From positions 30,591-94,590 of the forward strand of contig DATMNC010000062.1 of assembly GCA_035569395.1 (NCBI GenBank): DNA of 64,000 nucleotides, given 5' to 3'. The translations under genes and the position numbers were made by a program. This stretch comes from Thermoanaerobaculia bacterium (GTDB taxonomy: Bacteria > Acidobacteriota > Thermoanaerobaculia > Gp7-AA8). How positions within the stretch are numbered: position 1 is the stretch's first letter; each line of letters starts with the position of its first letter. The notes beneath the pieces were generated by a model. It was not told the DNA's origin. It searched no databases and saw only the letters and a program-made list of their open reading frames with translations. Of the stretch, positions 1 through 11,433 are shown piece by piece.

Positions 1-510
1 CGATCCAAGCGGTTCCGAAAAATACTTCCTGACGAGTTCCGGGGCTTCGGATGTTCGCCTTAGATTCCAGTATTGCTCCTCAGCAGTCGTGGTGGGTTTG
101 GGCGATTGCGGTGGTAACTGGGCAGCGCTGGGATGTGAATATCGGACAGCGCCTTCTATAACAACGATCATCATCAAGATTAGAGTGGCCATAACCCAGA
201 CCCACCACGGCAACGCGTGAAAAAGGACGATAAGTTTCCACTTCTCTGGGTTTTTTGGCTGAACGAACTCGTCACGAATGAGCACGAACCCGCTCATGAG
301 TGCAAAAACTGAGCACGGCGATACGATCGCGATCAACATGAGCGGTCGGATAAACACTTTCCGCACGAGAGTGAGGCGTCCGTGCGATATCGACTCAGCC
401 ATGTCGATACCCTACTCTCCCTCCGCGCGAGTTGATCGGAAGTTATTTGATGGCGTCGTAATTGGTGGGATCGCGCACGTCCTAGCGAGCGAGCGCGGTA
501 TGATCGCCCG

Positions 511-1497
511 ATGCTTCGCGCAGTAGCGTTTCTGGCTCTCGTGGTAACGGCGACGACATCACAGCCACCACCCCCAGTTCCAGCTAAAACAGCTCAGGAA
601 AATCAGAATCAGAGCGCCCCAGCAGCAAGCAAAACTGAAGCCAATCAAAAGACGACCAGCACGGCGCCTGCCGGAGGCAGTCAGGGCGGCAGCCCGTCGC
701 CACTCTGGATACAGCAACAGCTCGGCAATCAGGCCGAGTACAAACCACCTACCGATTGGTGGCCCATCGCGGCCACCGCCCTGAATCTGCTCTTTACCGC
801 CCTGCTGGTGATTCTCATGTTTCGACAATGGCTTGCTATGGAAAAACAGGCTGTCTATATGCGCGGCGCGTTGAAGGAAACTAGGAAAGCTGCCGACGCC
901 GCGTCGGGTCAAGTAAAGTTGATGGCCGGCCAACTTGCCGAGATGACAGCAAGCCGCGAGCATGCTTATGCACTGGCTCGCGCACGGATTGTAATTGACA
1001 GTATCGAGACTACATCTTGGTACGAAAACAACGTGCCAAATGACATTAGCGTAACCTTCAGGAACACCGGCCAAACTCCTGCAATCAACGTGACTCTTAG
1101 TGGAGATCGGTTTGTCAGGCAGTCGCGCATCATGCCGGGAAGCCCCGGATCGGAAGATCCGCAGAACCTTCTCGAAAGCAACGTTACTATCGGAGCCAAC
1201 GACACGATGAGCTTGGACGTTCAAGCGCCATCTATTTACGGTATCGATGATATTGCCGACGTCGCTGAAGGACGGTGCGGCATGTACGTCGCGGGCGGCG
1301 TGCGGTATGACGACATCTTTGGCACTAAGGACCGACAAGTGTTTCAGTACGCCGCTAAATACGATCGGGGCAGCGCTAAGTGGATACAGTACATGAGCCG
1401 CAATGTATGGGGCCAGCGCCGCGAGGATCGCAAGCGCCAGCCCTACAAAAACGAAACCGGCCTGTTCCCCGGAGGGGAAACCCCCGAAAGGCTGTGA
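511..1497 (+). CDS. hypothetical membrane-anchored protein (N-terminal signal/TM, low-complexity PQ-rich linker)
   Basis: 328-aa ORF with hydrophobic N-terminus MLRAVAFLALVVTA and a second TM stretch; no recognisable domain; moderate-GC flank. Confidence 0.4.
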   Translation: MLRAVAFLALVVTATTSQPPPPVPAKTAQENQNQSAPAASKTEANQKTTSTAPAGGSQGGSPSPLWIQQQLGNQAEYKPPTDWWPIAATALNLLFTALLVILMFRQWLAMEKQAVYMRGALKETRKAADAASGQVKLMAGQLAEMTASREHAYALARARIVIDSIETTSWYENNVPNDISVTFRNTGQTPAINVTLSGDRFVRQSRIMPGSPGSEDPQNLLESNVTIGANDTMSLDVQAPSIYGIDDIADVAEGRCGMYVAGGVRYDDIFGTKDRQVFQYAAKYDRGSAKWIQYMSRNVWGQRREDRKRQPYKNETGLFPGGETPERL

Positions 1498-1828
1498 GTC
1501 AAGTAAGTTAATACGAAAACTTTGGTCGCCATAACGCTCTCAGCCGGTGGCAAGCGCCAAAGGCGCGCCGCCGCCGGTCCCAATCGCCACCACACTCCCG
1601 ACCCCGGCAGGGGTCGCGGACGGCGATCCGGCACCCCATCCGGGGTGCGCAACTGGAGGGGATCGGAATCCGGTGGCGGCGCGCCTGCGGCGCTCGCCGC
1701 CGGCCAATATCCGGCACGCCTCCGGCGTGCTCTGGAGTTTGGACATTTGAAGGTCGGTATGTTGTATGACATATTGACATTGATACTATATAGACCTACC
1801 TTGTTCAGCAGTACGAAGGAGGTACTGC

Positions 1829-2185
1829 ATGGACGAGACGCTCCAGGCTGAGATTCGCTCTCTCTTCATTCAGGCTCAGATTCGCTGTCTTGAAGCACAA
1901 CTACGGGCTCTTCGCTCACTCGGATCTGTCGCTTTTGAGTCCTCGGCACCTCGGCGCGGACGCCCGCCTTCCGGTAAGTCACAGGTCGATATTGTTTTTG
2001 ATATTTTACGTACGGCTGGTTCTCCGCTTCACATCGACGAGATTCTCAAGCTCGCCGCCCGCAAGCGTAAACCTCTCGATCGCGAGTCGGTCGTTTCGGC
2101 CATCACCAAGTACATCAATCGACACCAACGCTTCGTCCGCACCGCCCCCAACACCTTCGCCATCCTCGAGCAGGAGGCGCCATGA
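1829..2185 (+). CDS. IS accessory protein (small, probable DNA-binding helper), translationally coupled to the transposase
   Basis: 118-aa ORF whose stop overlaps the downstream transposase start (ATGA at 2182); lies inside the IR-bounded element. Confidence 0.45.
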   Translation: MDETLQAEIRSLFIQAQIRCLEAQLRALRSLGSVAFESSAPRRGRPPSGKSQVDIVFDILRTAGSPLHIDEILKLAARKRKPLDRESVVSAITKYINRHQRFVRTAPNTFAILEQEAP

Positions 2186-3555
2186 GCCTGCTCGCACGCT
2201 ATCGCTCGCTGCTGGAAGCTACCAGTGGTCTGTTCGCGCAACAGAGAACAGCTCGCCGCTCGGTGGAGTTCTCTCTGGCTATGCCGGCTTCCGTGGGCCG
2301 GCACACCATCACCAATGCCTTGTCGGTTCTGGGCCGCACCCAGGTGGACTGGAGTGGCGCGTACAAGTTCTTCAGCCGCTCACGCTGGAACCAGGCTGGT
2401 CGGTTTCGGCCTGTCTTCGAACATTACCTCCAGATGTTCCCCTCAGGCCCGATCGCCATCGCCGTGGACGACACCAAGGCGCATAAGGTAGGAAAGAAGA
2501 TCCGTTCTGCCTTCTGGCAGCGCGATCCGCTCTCGCCTCCCTTCCATGCCAATCTGATCTGGGCTCAGCGCTTTCTCCACTTCTCGCTGATCTTTCCGCT
2601 CCATCGAAACGGCCTGGTTCCGGCTCGCTCGCTTCCGGTTCGCTTTGAGGATGCTCCGGCCCTCAAAAAGCCAGGCATCCGAGGCTCGCTCCAGCAGTGG
2701 GAGGCGTATCGACAGCAGGTCAAACAGACCAATCTTTCGACCCAAGCGCGCACCACGGCCGAGGAAATCCGTAAGCACCTCGATCAGCTTGGTCAAGCCC
2801 ATCGCTCACTGCTGCTACCCGTGGACGGAAGCTTCTGCAATCGGCGCTTCTTTCGTGAACCGCTCGATCGCACCTACATCCTGGCCCGTGCTCGCAAGGA
2901 TGCCCGTCTTTGCTTTCCCGCCCCCGCCGGATCGCGACGCCGCTATGACGCGAACCTATTTACTCCCGAGGCTGTCCGCAAGGACGACTCCATTCCCTGG
3001 CACAAGGCCACGGTCTTTTTTGGCGGAAAGCGTCGTAAGGTCCGATTCAAGGTCGTCAACAAAGTTCTGTGGCGGCGAGGCTCGGGGCTCCGAACCCTTC
3101 GACTGATCGTCCTGGCACCAACTCCCTACCGGCTCTCCCCAAATGCTTCGATCAACTACCGCGATCCGGCCTACCTGCTCACCGACGAGTTGGCCTCTTC
3201 GCTGACCTCACTTCTCCAGAGCTACTTCGACCGTTGGCAGATCGAAGTCAATCATCGTGAAATCAAGCAGCACTTCGGCGCTGGCCAAGCCCAAGTTCGG
3301 GCCCTTTTATCTGTGCCGCGGGTTCCCGCCTTTGTGGTCTCCTGCTACAGCCTTCTCCATCTGGCCGGGCTTCTCGAGTTCGGCTCCTCACGAATCGACC
3401 GATATTCGCCTCTGCCTATATGGAGGCGAGCTTCGACGCGCCCTTCCATCGCCGATCTGCTCCGTCTGCTACGAACAGATCTGAACGAAACGCGAGATTC
3501 AACTTCCGGACTTCAAATCCCTGCGGCCAATCTCGTTCTCTCTCCCGCTGCCTGA
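2182..3555 (+). CDS. DDE transposase, IS4-family type (DDE_Tnp_1-like)
   Basis: 457 aa; C-terminal Y-x2-R-x3-E-x6-K signature (YFDRWQIEVNHREIKQ) typical of IS4-family transposases; sits inside terminal inverted repeats. Confidence 0.7.
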   Translation: MSLLARYRSLLEATSGLFAQQRTARRSVEFSLAMPASVGRHTITNALSVLGRTQVDWSGAYKFFSRSRWNQAGRFRPVFEHYLQMFPSGPIAIAVDDTKAHKVGKKIRSAFWQRDPLSPPFHANLIWAQRFLHFSLIFPLHRNGLVPARSLPVRFEDAPALKKPGIRGSLQQWEAYRQQVKQTNLSTQARTTAEEIRKHLDQLGQAHRSLLLPVDGSFCNRRFFREPLDRTYILARARKDARLCFPAPAGSRRRYDANLFTPEAVRKDDSIPWHKATVFFGGKRRKVRFKVVNKVLWRRGSGLRTLRLIVLAPTPYRLSPNASINYRDPAYLLTDELASSLTSLLQSYFDRWQIEVNHREIKQHFGAGQAQVRALLSVPRVPAFVVSCYSLLHLAGLLEFGSSRIDRYSPLPIWRRASTRPSIADLLRLLRTDLNETRDSTSGLQIPAANLVLSPAA

Positions 3556-3577
3556 CTCGGTAATGTCCAAACTCCAG

Positions 3578-3745
3578 GCCCCCGTCTTCAGACGGGGGAA
3601 CCGCGATCCCCTTCCCATTTCGCGAGCCCGCTTGAGCGGGCGAAAGAGAGCCGTCCGCGCGATTTCTGTCGCCCGCTGAAGCAGGCTCCCAACGTTGGGG
3701 ACCCCATTTTTCCCCCGCCTGAAGGCGGGGGCTACGATCTCACGC
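3578..3745. repeat. cluster of short GC-rich stem-loops (REP-like) directly abutting the IS right end
   Basis: gcccccgtc-ttca-gacggggg (3578-3598), gcccgc-ttga-gcgggc, cccaacgttggg palindrome, cccccgcc-tgaa-ggcggggg (3712-3731); 8-bp stems with 4-nt loops. Confidence 0.5.
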
Positions 3746-3779
3746 CGGCTTCGCCGGCCAAGGGACGGAACCGTTTCCG

Positions 3780-4373
3780 TCAGGTTCGATTGAAGAGCAT
3801 AAACAGAACGAAGACCACGATCATGATGGCAATCCACAGCAGAAAGACGCGAATCGGCCGCAGCGAAGGTTTGGCCGAGGATGGTGCCGCGGCCGCGAGA
3901 CGGCGAAAGCCTTCCCACGACTCGTCGTCCGCGAAGAACTCCCGGGGAAGAATGCGAATGCTGCTGGCCGACTGGTAGATCGTGACCAGGTTCGGAGTCA
4001 CCACGACCTTGTGCATCAGCGCCCACGGCAGATCGGCCCGGCCGTGCGCCGACTCCATGCGGACCCCCTGCTCGTCGGCTTCCCCCGAGACCTGGTCCGC
4101 CAGGAGCCGATCGGTGGCGAACGCCCGGCTTACGGTGATCCTCGGCATGATCAACAACATCACCCCGAACAATCCCAGAAACAACGGCGCCCCCCAGGAG
4201 ACAGGAACCGCAATGTGGGCGGAGGAAAGGGCGATGACTGACGCCAGGATCATTCCCCAGGCGACCGTCCGGATCGATCGGCCGGTGACACCGATCGCGC
4301 GACGGTAGAGCTCCGGCGTGAGTGTCCCTTCGAAACGGATCATCCGTGCATTCTGCACGAATCCGCTCCCCAC
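3780..4373 (-). CDS. hypothetical membrane protein (two TM segments, bacterial PH/YcxB-like architecture)
   Basis: 197-aa ORF with TM stretches ILASVIALSSAHIAV and VFLLWIAIMIVVFVLFMLF; no confident family assignment. Confidence 0.4.
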   Translation of the reverse strand: MGSGFVQNARMIRFEGTLTPELYRRAIGVTGRSIRTVAWGMILASVIALSSAHIAVPVSWGAPLFLGLFGVMLLIMPRITVSRAFATDRLLADQVSGEADEQGVRMESAHGRADLPWALMHKVVVTPNLVTIYQSASSIRILPREFFADDESWEGFRRLAAAAPSSAKPSLRPIRVFLLWIAIMIVVFVLFMLFNRT

Positions 4374-4446
4374 GAGGGCACGGTTGGTGACGGAAGCGCG
4401 AAGAAGCCCTCTCCTCCGTCACCGGAACCACTTCCCTCGGAGGCGG

Positions 4447-4553
4447 AACCAAAATTCAATCCGTCAGAACTAAAATTCAATCCGTCAGAACCAAAAATCA
4501 ATCCGTCATTGCCAAAAATCAATCCGTCATTGCCAAAATTCAATCCGTCAGAA
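4447..4553. repeat. tandem repeat, 5 copies of a ~21-bp unit (yAAAAwTCAATCCGTCAgaac/ttgc)
   Basis: Direct reading: taaaattcaatccgtcagaac / caaaaatcaatccgtcattgc x2 / caaaattcaatccgtcagaac; AT-rich relative to the surrounding sequence. Confidence 0.8.
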
Positions 4554-4583
4554 CAATATATTATTCTGTCACAGCGAATTTCG

Positions 4584-4726
4584 TTTCCGGCGGAGCGCCC
4601 GGCCGCTCCACGGGAAACGAAATTCAATCCTGCAGAATGATTTTTGTTTCCGAAGGAGCGCCGGCCCGTTCCGGCAGAAACAAAATTCGTTCCGACGGAA
4701 TGATTTTTCGCTCCTTCAGAATGATA
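4584..4726. repeat. two direct ~63-bp repeats plus partial third (gtttccg[g/a]..gagcgcc..ggc...gaaac.aaattc.ttcc..c.gaatgatttt)
   Basis: 4584-4644 and 4646-4708 align with few mismatches; partial third copy follows. Confidence 0.6.
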
Positions 4727-5018
4727 TAATGTTCTGTTGTTGCCAAAATCATTTAGTCGGCAACCGACACCAATATTCGTCACCGACCTCGGGATAGACG
4801 ATGTCCCCGGAGACCCCTGAGAAGATTCGAAAGAACCTCCCGCTTTTCGGGATCAGAAAGGGCTCGAAGTCGCCAGGATGCGGCGGTCATCTCCCGAGTA
4901 TGCAGGGACTTACGTCGTGTTGCAGTTATGCACGACCCCCGCCGGCGAAGCCGGCGTGAGGCCTCGACCGCCCAAAACCGGCTGCCCTCCCGAGCCACGC
5001 GGCACTCATCTGCGGATA

Positions 5019-5068
5019 AGAAACATCCATCCGCAGATTGCGCAGATGTACGCAGATGAAACCTACTC
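5019..5068. repeat. CGCAGAT motif cluster: inverted repeat catctgcggat...atccgcagatg followed by direct cgcagatg repeats
   Basis: catctgcggataagaaacatccatccgcagattgcgcagatgtacgcagatg; same ATCCGCAGAT motif recurs at 13554-13637 and 11110-11350. Confidence 0.5.
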
Positions 5069-5116
5069 CGGCTCGCTGTACATCCTGCCCTGAGCGAGCG
5101 AAGCGAGTCGAATGGG

Positions 5117-5410
5117 CTACTTTCGGTGACGCCAGTATCCGGGCCGCCTGCTTTGATGCGCGACCGCCGTGATGAAGACATGGTCATCCCGTACCCGATA
5201 CAGCACTGTGTACGGGAAGCGATCCAGGACGAAACGGCGTTCGCCTCGCATGCCCCGCGGCCATCGCAATGGCGCTTCCCTGATACTACGGACGGCATGA
5301 TCGATCTCGAGTGCGAAGGCCTGTGCGGCTACCTCGCTCCGTTCGCTGTACCAAGCCGTGGCTTCCGTGAGCTCTTGATCGGCTTCCGGGTGAAACCTGA
5401 TCCGCATCAT
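5117..5410 (-). CDS. parE: type II toxin, ParE/RelE family (plasmid stabilisation system protein)
   Basis: MMRIRFHPEADQELTEATAWY...FVLDRFPYTVLYRVRDDHVFITAVAHQSR matches ParE/RelE toxin pattern; start overlaps the upstream antitoxin stop. Confidence 0.7.
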   Translation of the reverse strand: MMRIRFHPEADQELTEATAWYSERSEVAAQAFALEIDHAVRSIREAPLRWPRGMRGERRFVLDRFPYTVLYRVRDDHVFITAVAHQSRRPGYWRHRK

Positions 5411-5643
5411 CCCCGACGGAACAATCGCGCGCGAACCTCTTCCCACGGGATGGTCTGAACGGCGCCCGACTCGATCTCCTGCCAGCGACGCTCGGCCTCG
5501 ACGGCCCAAATCTCTTCGACCTCGGGATCAGGAGGCGGTTCCAGGCTTTCGATTAGCAGACCGGCAAGCGTCGCCCGATCGCCCTCGGAGAGCTCCAACG
5601 CGTCACGAAACATGGTCTGTAGGTCGCGTGCCATGGACGACAT
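5407..5643 (-). CDS. antitoxin, putative addiction-module component (TIGR02574-like)
   Basis: MSSMARDLQTMFRDALELSEGDRATLAGLLIESLEPPPDPEVEEIWAVEAERRWQEIESGAV resembles the addiction-module antidote family that pairs with RelE/ParE; start chosen at MSSMARDL inside the longer ORF. Confidence 0.65.
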   Translation of the reverse strand: MSSMARDLQTMFRDALELSEGDRATLAGLLIESLEPPPDPEVEEIWAVEAERRWQEIESGAVQTIPWEEVRARLFRRG

Positions 5644-5699
5644 TCTACCGCGCACCGCTCGTTTTCTCCGCGCCTCCGCGTGAACCGTCTCCCCGTGAC

Positions 5700-5882
5700 C
5701 TACTCCGGCCCGCTGTATGTCGCATCCATCATCCACCGCATCAGCGCGGCGGTGAAGCCGGGGACGGCGAATTCGAGGTGCGGTATCTCCTTCACCGAAA
5801 GCGGCGAGAAGAGATACCACTCGACGACGTCGTTGAACGACACCATCTCTTCGTCGTGTGCTCCCGCATTGGTCATCTCCAC
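5700..5882 (-). CDS. possible small ribbon-helix-helix-like protein divergent from the XRE gene. True start uncertain: an ATG start would overlap the XRE gene, the alternative is a GTG start
   Basis: Segment RRLTIPIELPEFAIRALEHRVEMTNAGAHDEEMVSFNDVVEWYL resembles an RHH beta-strand plus helices; could be a spurious antisense ORF in high-GC DNA. Confidence 0.25.
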   Translation of the reverse strand: MEMTNAGAHDEEMVSFNDVVEWYLFSPLSVKEIPHLEFAVPGFTAALMRWMMDATYSGPE

Positions 5883-6011
5883 CCGATGCTCCAGCGCCCG
5901 GATCGCAAACTCCGGCAGCTCGATCGGAATGGTCAGCCGCCGGGTCAAAGCCTTCGCGGCGTGCGTGGTGAGGTTGCGGTGCGCGTCATGTTTGCCTCTC
6001 CGTGCTCTAGC

Positions 6012-6050
6012 ACACTTCAGTGTGTAGCTACTCGGCACACAATAGTGTGC
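6012..6050. promoter_or_regulatory. two adjacent operator-like palindromes (CACACT-tc-AGTGTG and GCACAC-aata-GTGTGC) in the divergent XRE promoter region
   Basis: Perfect 6-bp inverted repeats sharing a CACAC half-site, immediately upstream of the XRE start at 6055/6061. Confidence 0.45.
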
Positions 6051-6060
6051 AATTGTGCGG

Positions 6061-6321
6061 ATGTCAAGAGCACGCCGGACCGCCGAGATCATCTTTGGCG
6101 AACATCTGCGGGCGCTGCGCGTGTCAGCCGGGCTATCCCAGGAAGCGCTCGCCGAGAAGTCTGGCCTCCACCGCAACTACATCGGCCACATCGAGCGCGG
6201 CGAGAAGACGGCGAGTTTGGACGTGTTGGTGAGGCTCTCCGCCGCGTTCGAGCTATCACTCCCCGAACTGCTAGAAGGTTTCGACTCCCGTACTGTGCGT
6301 ATGCTTTCTGGCAACCGGTGA
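6061..6321 (+). CDS. XRE-family helix-turn-helix transcriptional regulator (Cro/C1-type)
   Basis: LSQEALAEKSGLHRNYIGHIERGEKTASLDVLVRLSAAF is a canonical HTH_XRE; ATG at 6061 (track ORF begins at GTG 6055). Confidence 0.8.
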   Translation: MSRARRTAEIIFGEHLRALRVSAGLSQEALAEKSGLHRNYIGHIERGEKTASLDVLVRLSAAFELSLPELLEGFDSRTVRMLSGNR

Positions 6322-6463
6322 GGGTGACTCCTCACAATCAACGACTAGCGCTGCCGATTGTCGCGAGAGATTTTACTTTTGCGAAGTGGCTCTGCATCCT
6401 CACTAAAATGCAGGTCGTCCAAGGTTAACAAGCATAAAGTAGGCCTCCGCGCCTTTTGAGCCT

Positions 6464-6994
6464 ATGCTTGGAGTGCTGTACACTCGCGCCATGGCTTCTG
6501 ACATACTTCATCTTCTTTTCGGTGCCGGTCTAGCAACCGCAGGCGGTGCGGTCATGGAACTGTGGCGCGAAGGTCGTGGCAATCACAAGGAAGTAGTCTT
6601 ATTGCAGCGAGAGATCGCCGCAACCTCACAACTCTGTGATGTCTTGCTCGCCTCTCGCGAGGATCTGTCGGTCACGGTGTATCTTCAGCAATGGAAGTCG
6701 TTCGCAACACAAGGAGCCGCAGCGAGTCGTGCGTGGTTGCGTGTGATACCTGATCGAGACGCTCGCGACCACGTTCTTCGCGTGTACCTCATGACCTCCA
6801 GCCTCGTTTCAACTTTTGAAGAGTTTGCAGCTCGAGAGGGCACGTTTAAGGCAGCAAAGGACCGCGATGGCTTCTATCATTGGATCGCAGAGCACCGTAA
6901 GTTGGCGATAGAAGCCGCAACAATCTTAAAGAACGATGCGGAATCCGCCACTCGACTTCTTCAGGGCTATGTTGATCGGCCGCTCCTTCTGTGA
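6464..6994 (+). CDS. hypothetical protein (176 aa), lower-GC island; convergent partner of the TIR-domain gene
   Basis: Clean ORF in a ~52% GC segment; hydrophobic N-terminal segment; no recognisable domain. Confidence 0.5.
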   Translation: MLGVLYTRAMASDILHLLFGAGLATAGGAVMELWREGRGNHKEVVLLQREIAATSQLCDVLLASREDLSVTVYLQQWKSFATQGAAASRAWLRVIPDRDARDHVLRVYLMTSSLVSTFEEFAAREGTFKAAKDRDGFYHWIAEHRKLAIEAATILKNDAESATRLLQGYVDRPLLL

Positions 6995-7132
6995 CGAATG
7001 GACGTTTTCACACGTCCTCTCGAGTGTTCGCGCGAAGTATTGCCCTTCATCAACGGTACTACGCAGAATATGCATTTGCGTTGCTTAGAAGGGGCTGTTT
7101 GACACTTCCTCGAAGTGTAGCCACAAAGAGAA

Positions 7133-7789
7133 TCAGTCCTTGCGAAGGCTCCAGTGTCCTGGCCCGATAGAAAAAATCATGGTGACCTCCTTCACACCAG
7201 GCATTTCCCGAAGGACCTTGATCTGGGCACGTATGTCCATACCAGCAATGTCCACGAGAAGATCAGATTTGCCCAACAGAGTAGAAGTTGAAACGAGGCC
7301 AGGCAGCGTCGCTATCTGTTGTAGGAGCTGATCGAAAAGGCCGGGCTCCGCGCGTATCATCCAAGAGGAGTACTCGACATCCCTCACTGGTTGTTCAAAT
7401 AGCTGACGCAATTGACGAACACCGTCATCCCATGAAGGAAACAGATTCACCCGGTTATATTCGGACAGTTCCCGATGAGTCGACTCACACTCGTCGAGCC
7501 GAACTGGGATAATAAACGGTTCATTCGCTGGAAGCTCAGTAGCCACATCGAGCGCTTGGCGAATCTCCGCGTTGAGATACCCTCGGCGACTTACAGACGA
7601 CGAAGACAGCAATGCGATGAAGTACTTGCTTCTGCGGATCGCTGAAGCTATTGCTACCTTCCAGCGCTCGCCCGGACGAAGAGAATCCCGATCGAACCAC
7701 ACGTCGACGGCAGACTTGAGGTCATTGCGAAGCCGAGCCGCTGCCTCGGCATCCTCACGGCCGTAACTCATGAAGATTTGAACCGTCAT
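7133..7789 (-). CDS. TIR-domain protein with unknown C-terminal domain (~115 aa)
   Basis: N-terminal IFMSYGREDAEAAARLRNDLKSAVDVWFDRDSLRPGERWKVAIASAIRRSKYFIALLSSSSVSRRGYLNAEIRQAL...PFIIPVRLDECE matches bacterial TIR (TIR_2) motifs (F-x-S-Y, W-D, S-x-W-C/V..E); start taken at MTVQIF; lower-GC island. Confidence 0.75.
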   Translation of the reverse strand: MTVQIFMSYGREDAEAAARLRNDLKSAVDVWFDRDSLRPGERWKVAIASAIRRSKYFIALLSSSSVSRRGYLNAEIRQALDVATELPANEPFIIPVRLDECESTHRELSEYNRVNLFPSWDDGVRQLRQLFEQPVRDVEYSSWMIRAEPGLFDQLLQQIATLPGLVSTSTLLGKSDLLVDIAGMDIRAQIKVLREMPGVKEVTMIFSIGPGHWSLRKD

Positions 7790-7859
7790 GTGGTGTAAGC
7801 ACACCCGATAGCGCAGCACTCGGGCCGCGCTATCCACTTATGGCCGTCAAACTAGCGGC

Positions 7860-10691
<2,832 letters not shown>

Positions 10692-10986
10692 GGCCTGTTC
10701 TCCTTGATTCGACGCAAAAGCGCCCCTACGCGGGGCGCTCCGGGTTAGTTGTGTAGTTTGTTAGCGAGCCAGCAAGCGTGCGCCGGTGGGGCGGGCCTGA
10801 GGGATTGGCGTCTTGACTTTGACGGTGACCTGATACTCGCGAATCTGCAGTGAAACGGATCGCAGTGGACTCCGGGTGGCAAGACGGGAAACGTGTTTCA
10901 AATCCTTCATCAATCCTCCCCGCGCTCTCCAGTCATATGTTGTGCCGGACAACGTACGCCGGGTGGAAACGGATGTCAAGTCTGAG

Positions 10987-11002
10987 GCCACAAGATGTTG
11001 TG
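10987..11002. promoter_or_regulatory. putative NrdR-box-like palindrome (ccACAAgATgTTGTgg) ~300 bp upstream of nrdJ
   Basis: 16-bp palindrome resembling the acaCwAtATaTwGtgt NrdR consensus; second half-site-like inverted repeat TTGTGG...CACAA follows at 10997-11028. Confidence 0.3.
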
Positions 11003-11433
11003 GTCGTAATTGGTGAGAACACAACAGGAAGCGTAAGTATTCGCTGAATCAATGAGTTAGTCCACAGGATGTAGACGGCCGTTCAAATGGTTCTCCGCCA
11101 TTATTCCGCCAGTTCTACGCAGGTTATCCGCAGGGTTTTCGACAGTCTTTCGAGGGCAAATCCGCAGAAAATCAACGTCTTTTCCACATGTTTTGCACAT
11201 GATTTTCGTGCAGATTTCACTGGTTCTTTTTCCGCAGGATTTACGATGTGATTCCGAAGGAAATAGCAGACCCGGCTGGAAAAAACGTTGGCCTGGGGGT
11301 TGAGGTGGAGGATTGGCTGCGGAAAAGGGGCTGCGGATCGCCGCAGACCCCGGTCTTTCGTCCTCCGAAATGCTCCGGCGCAGCCATGCACAACGGTTGT
11401 GACACGTGGAACACTGCGGGTTCTGGGCTTCGC

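Larger units (their letters stand above)
1732..3577 (+). mobile_element. IS element (IS4-family-like, two ORFs) bounded by perfect 16-bp terminal inverted repeats CTGGAGTTTGGACATT
   Basis: Left IR at 1732-1747 (ctggagtttggacatt); right IR at 3562-3577 (aatgtccaaactccag) is its exact reverse complement. Both enclose ORFs 1829-2185 and 2182-3555. No clear target-site duplication seen. Confidence 0.7.

Noticed and set aside
1-270. Partial minus-strand ORF at window start encoding a TM segment (WWVWVMATLILMMIVVIEG)
   Set aside because: It is truncated by the window edge with an uncertain start and no domain evidence, so it is not listed as a feature
3706-3740. Hairpin cccccgcctgaaggcggggg as intrinsic terminator of gene 3780-4373
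   Set aside because: On the transcribed (minus) strand the hairpin is followed by AAAAAU rather than a U-tract. On the plus strand it is followed by cuacg. So it is not a canonical terminator in either orientation
3499-4452. 317-aa ORF on minus strand spanning the REP-like stem-loops
   Set aside because: It runs through the hairpin cluster and the IS right inverted repeat and overlaps the better-supported 3780-4373 membrane protein in another frame. Composition is low-complexity
6464-7789. Thoeris (ThsA/ThsB) assignment for the TIR locus
   Set aside because: The partner protein shows no SIR2, Macro or SLOG features that I can recognise, so it is called only as a TIR-containing candidate module
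10692-11100. Cobalamin riboswitch in the nrdJ leader
   Set aside because: No B12-box (GCCACTG-type) or GGGAA/GGUG core elements were recognisable on the nrdJ strand. A B12-dependent RNR would also not normally be repressed by B12
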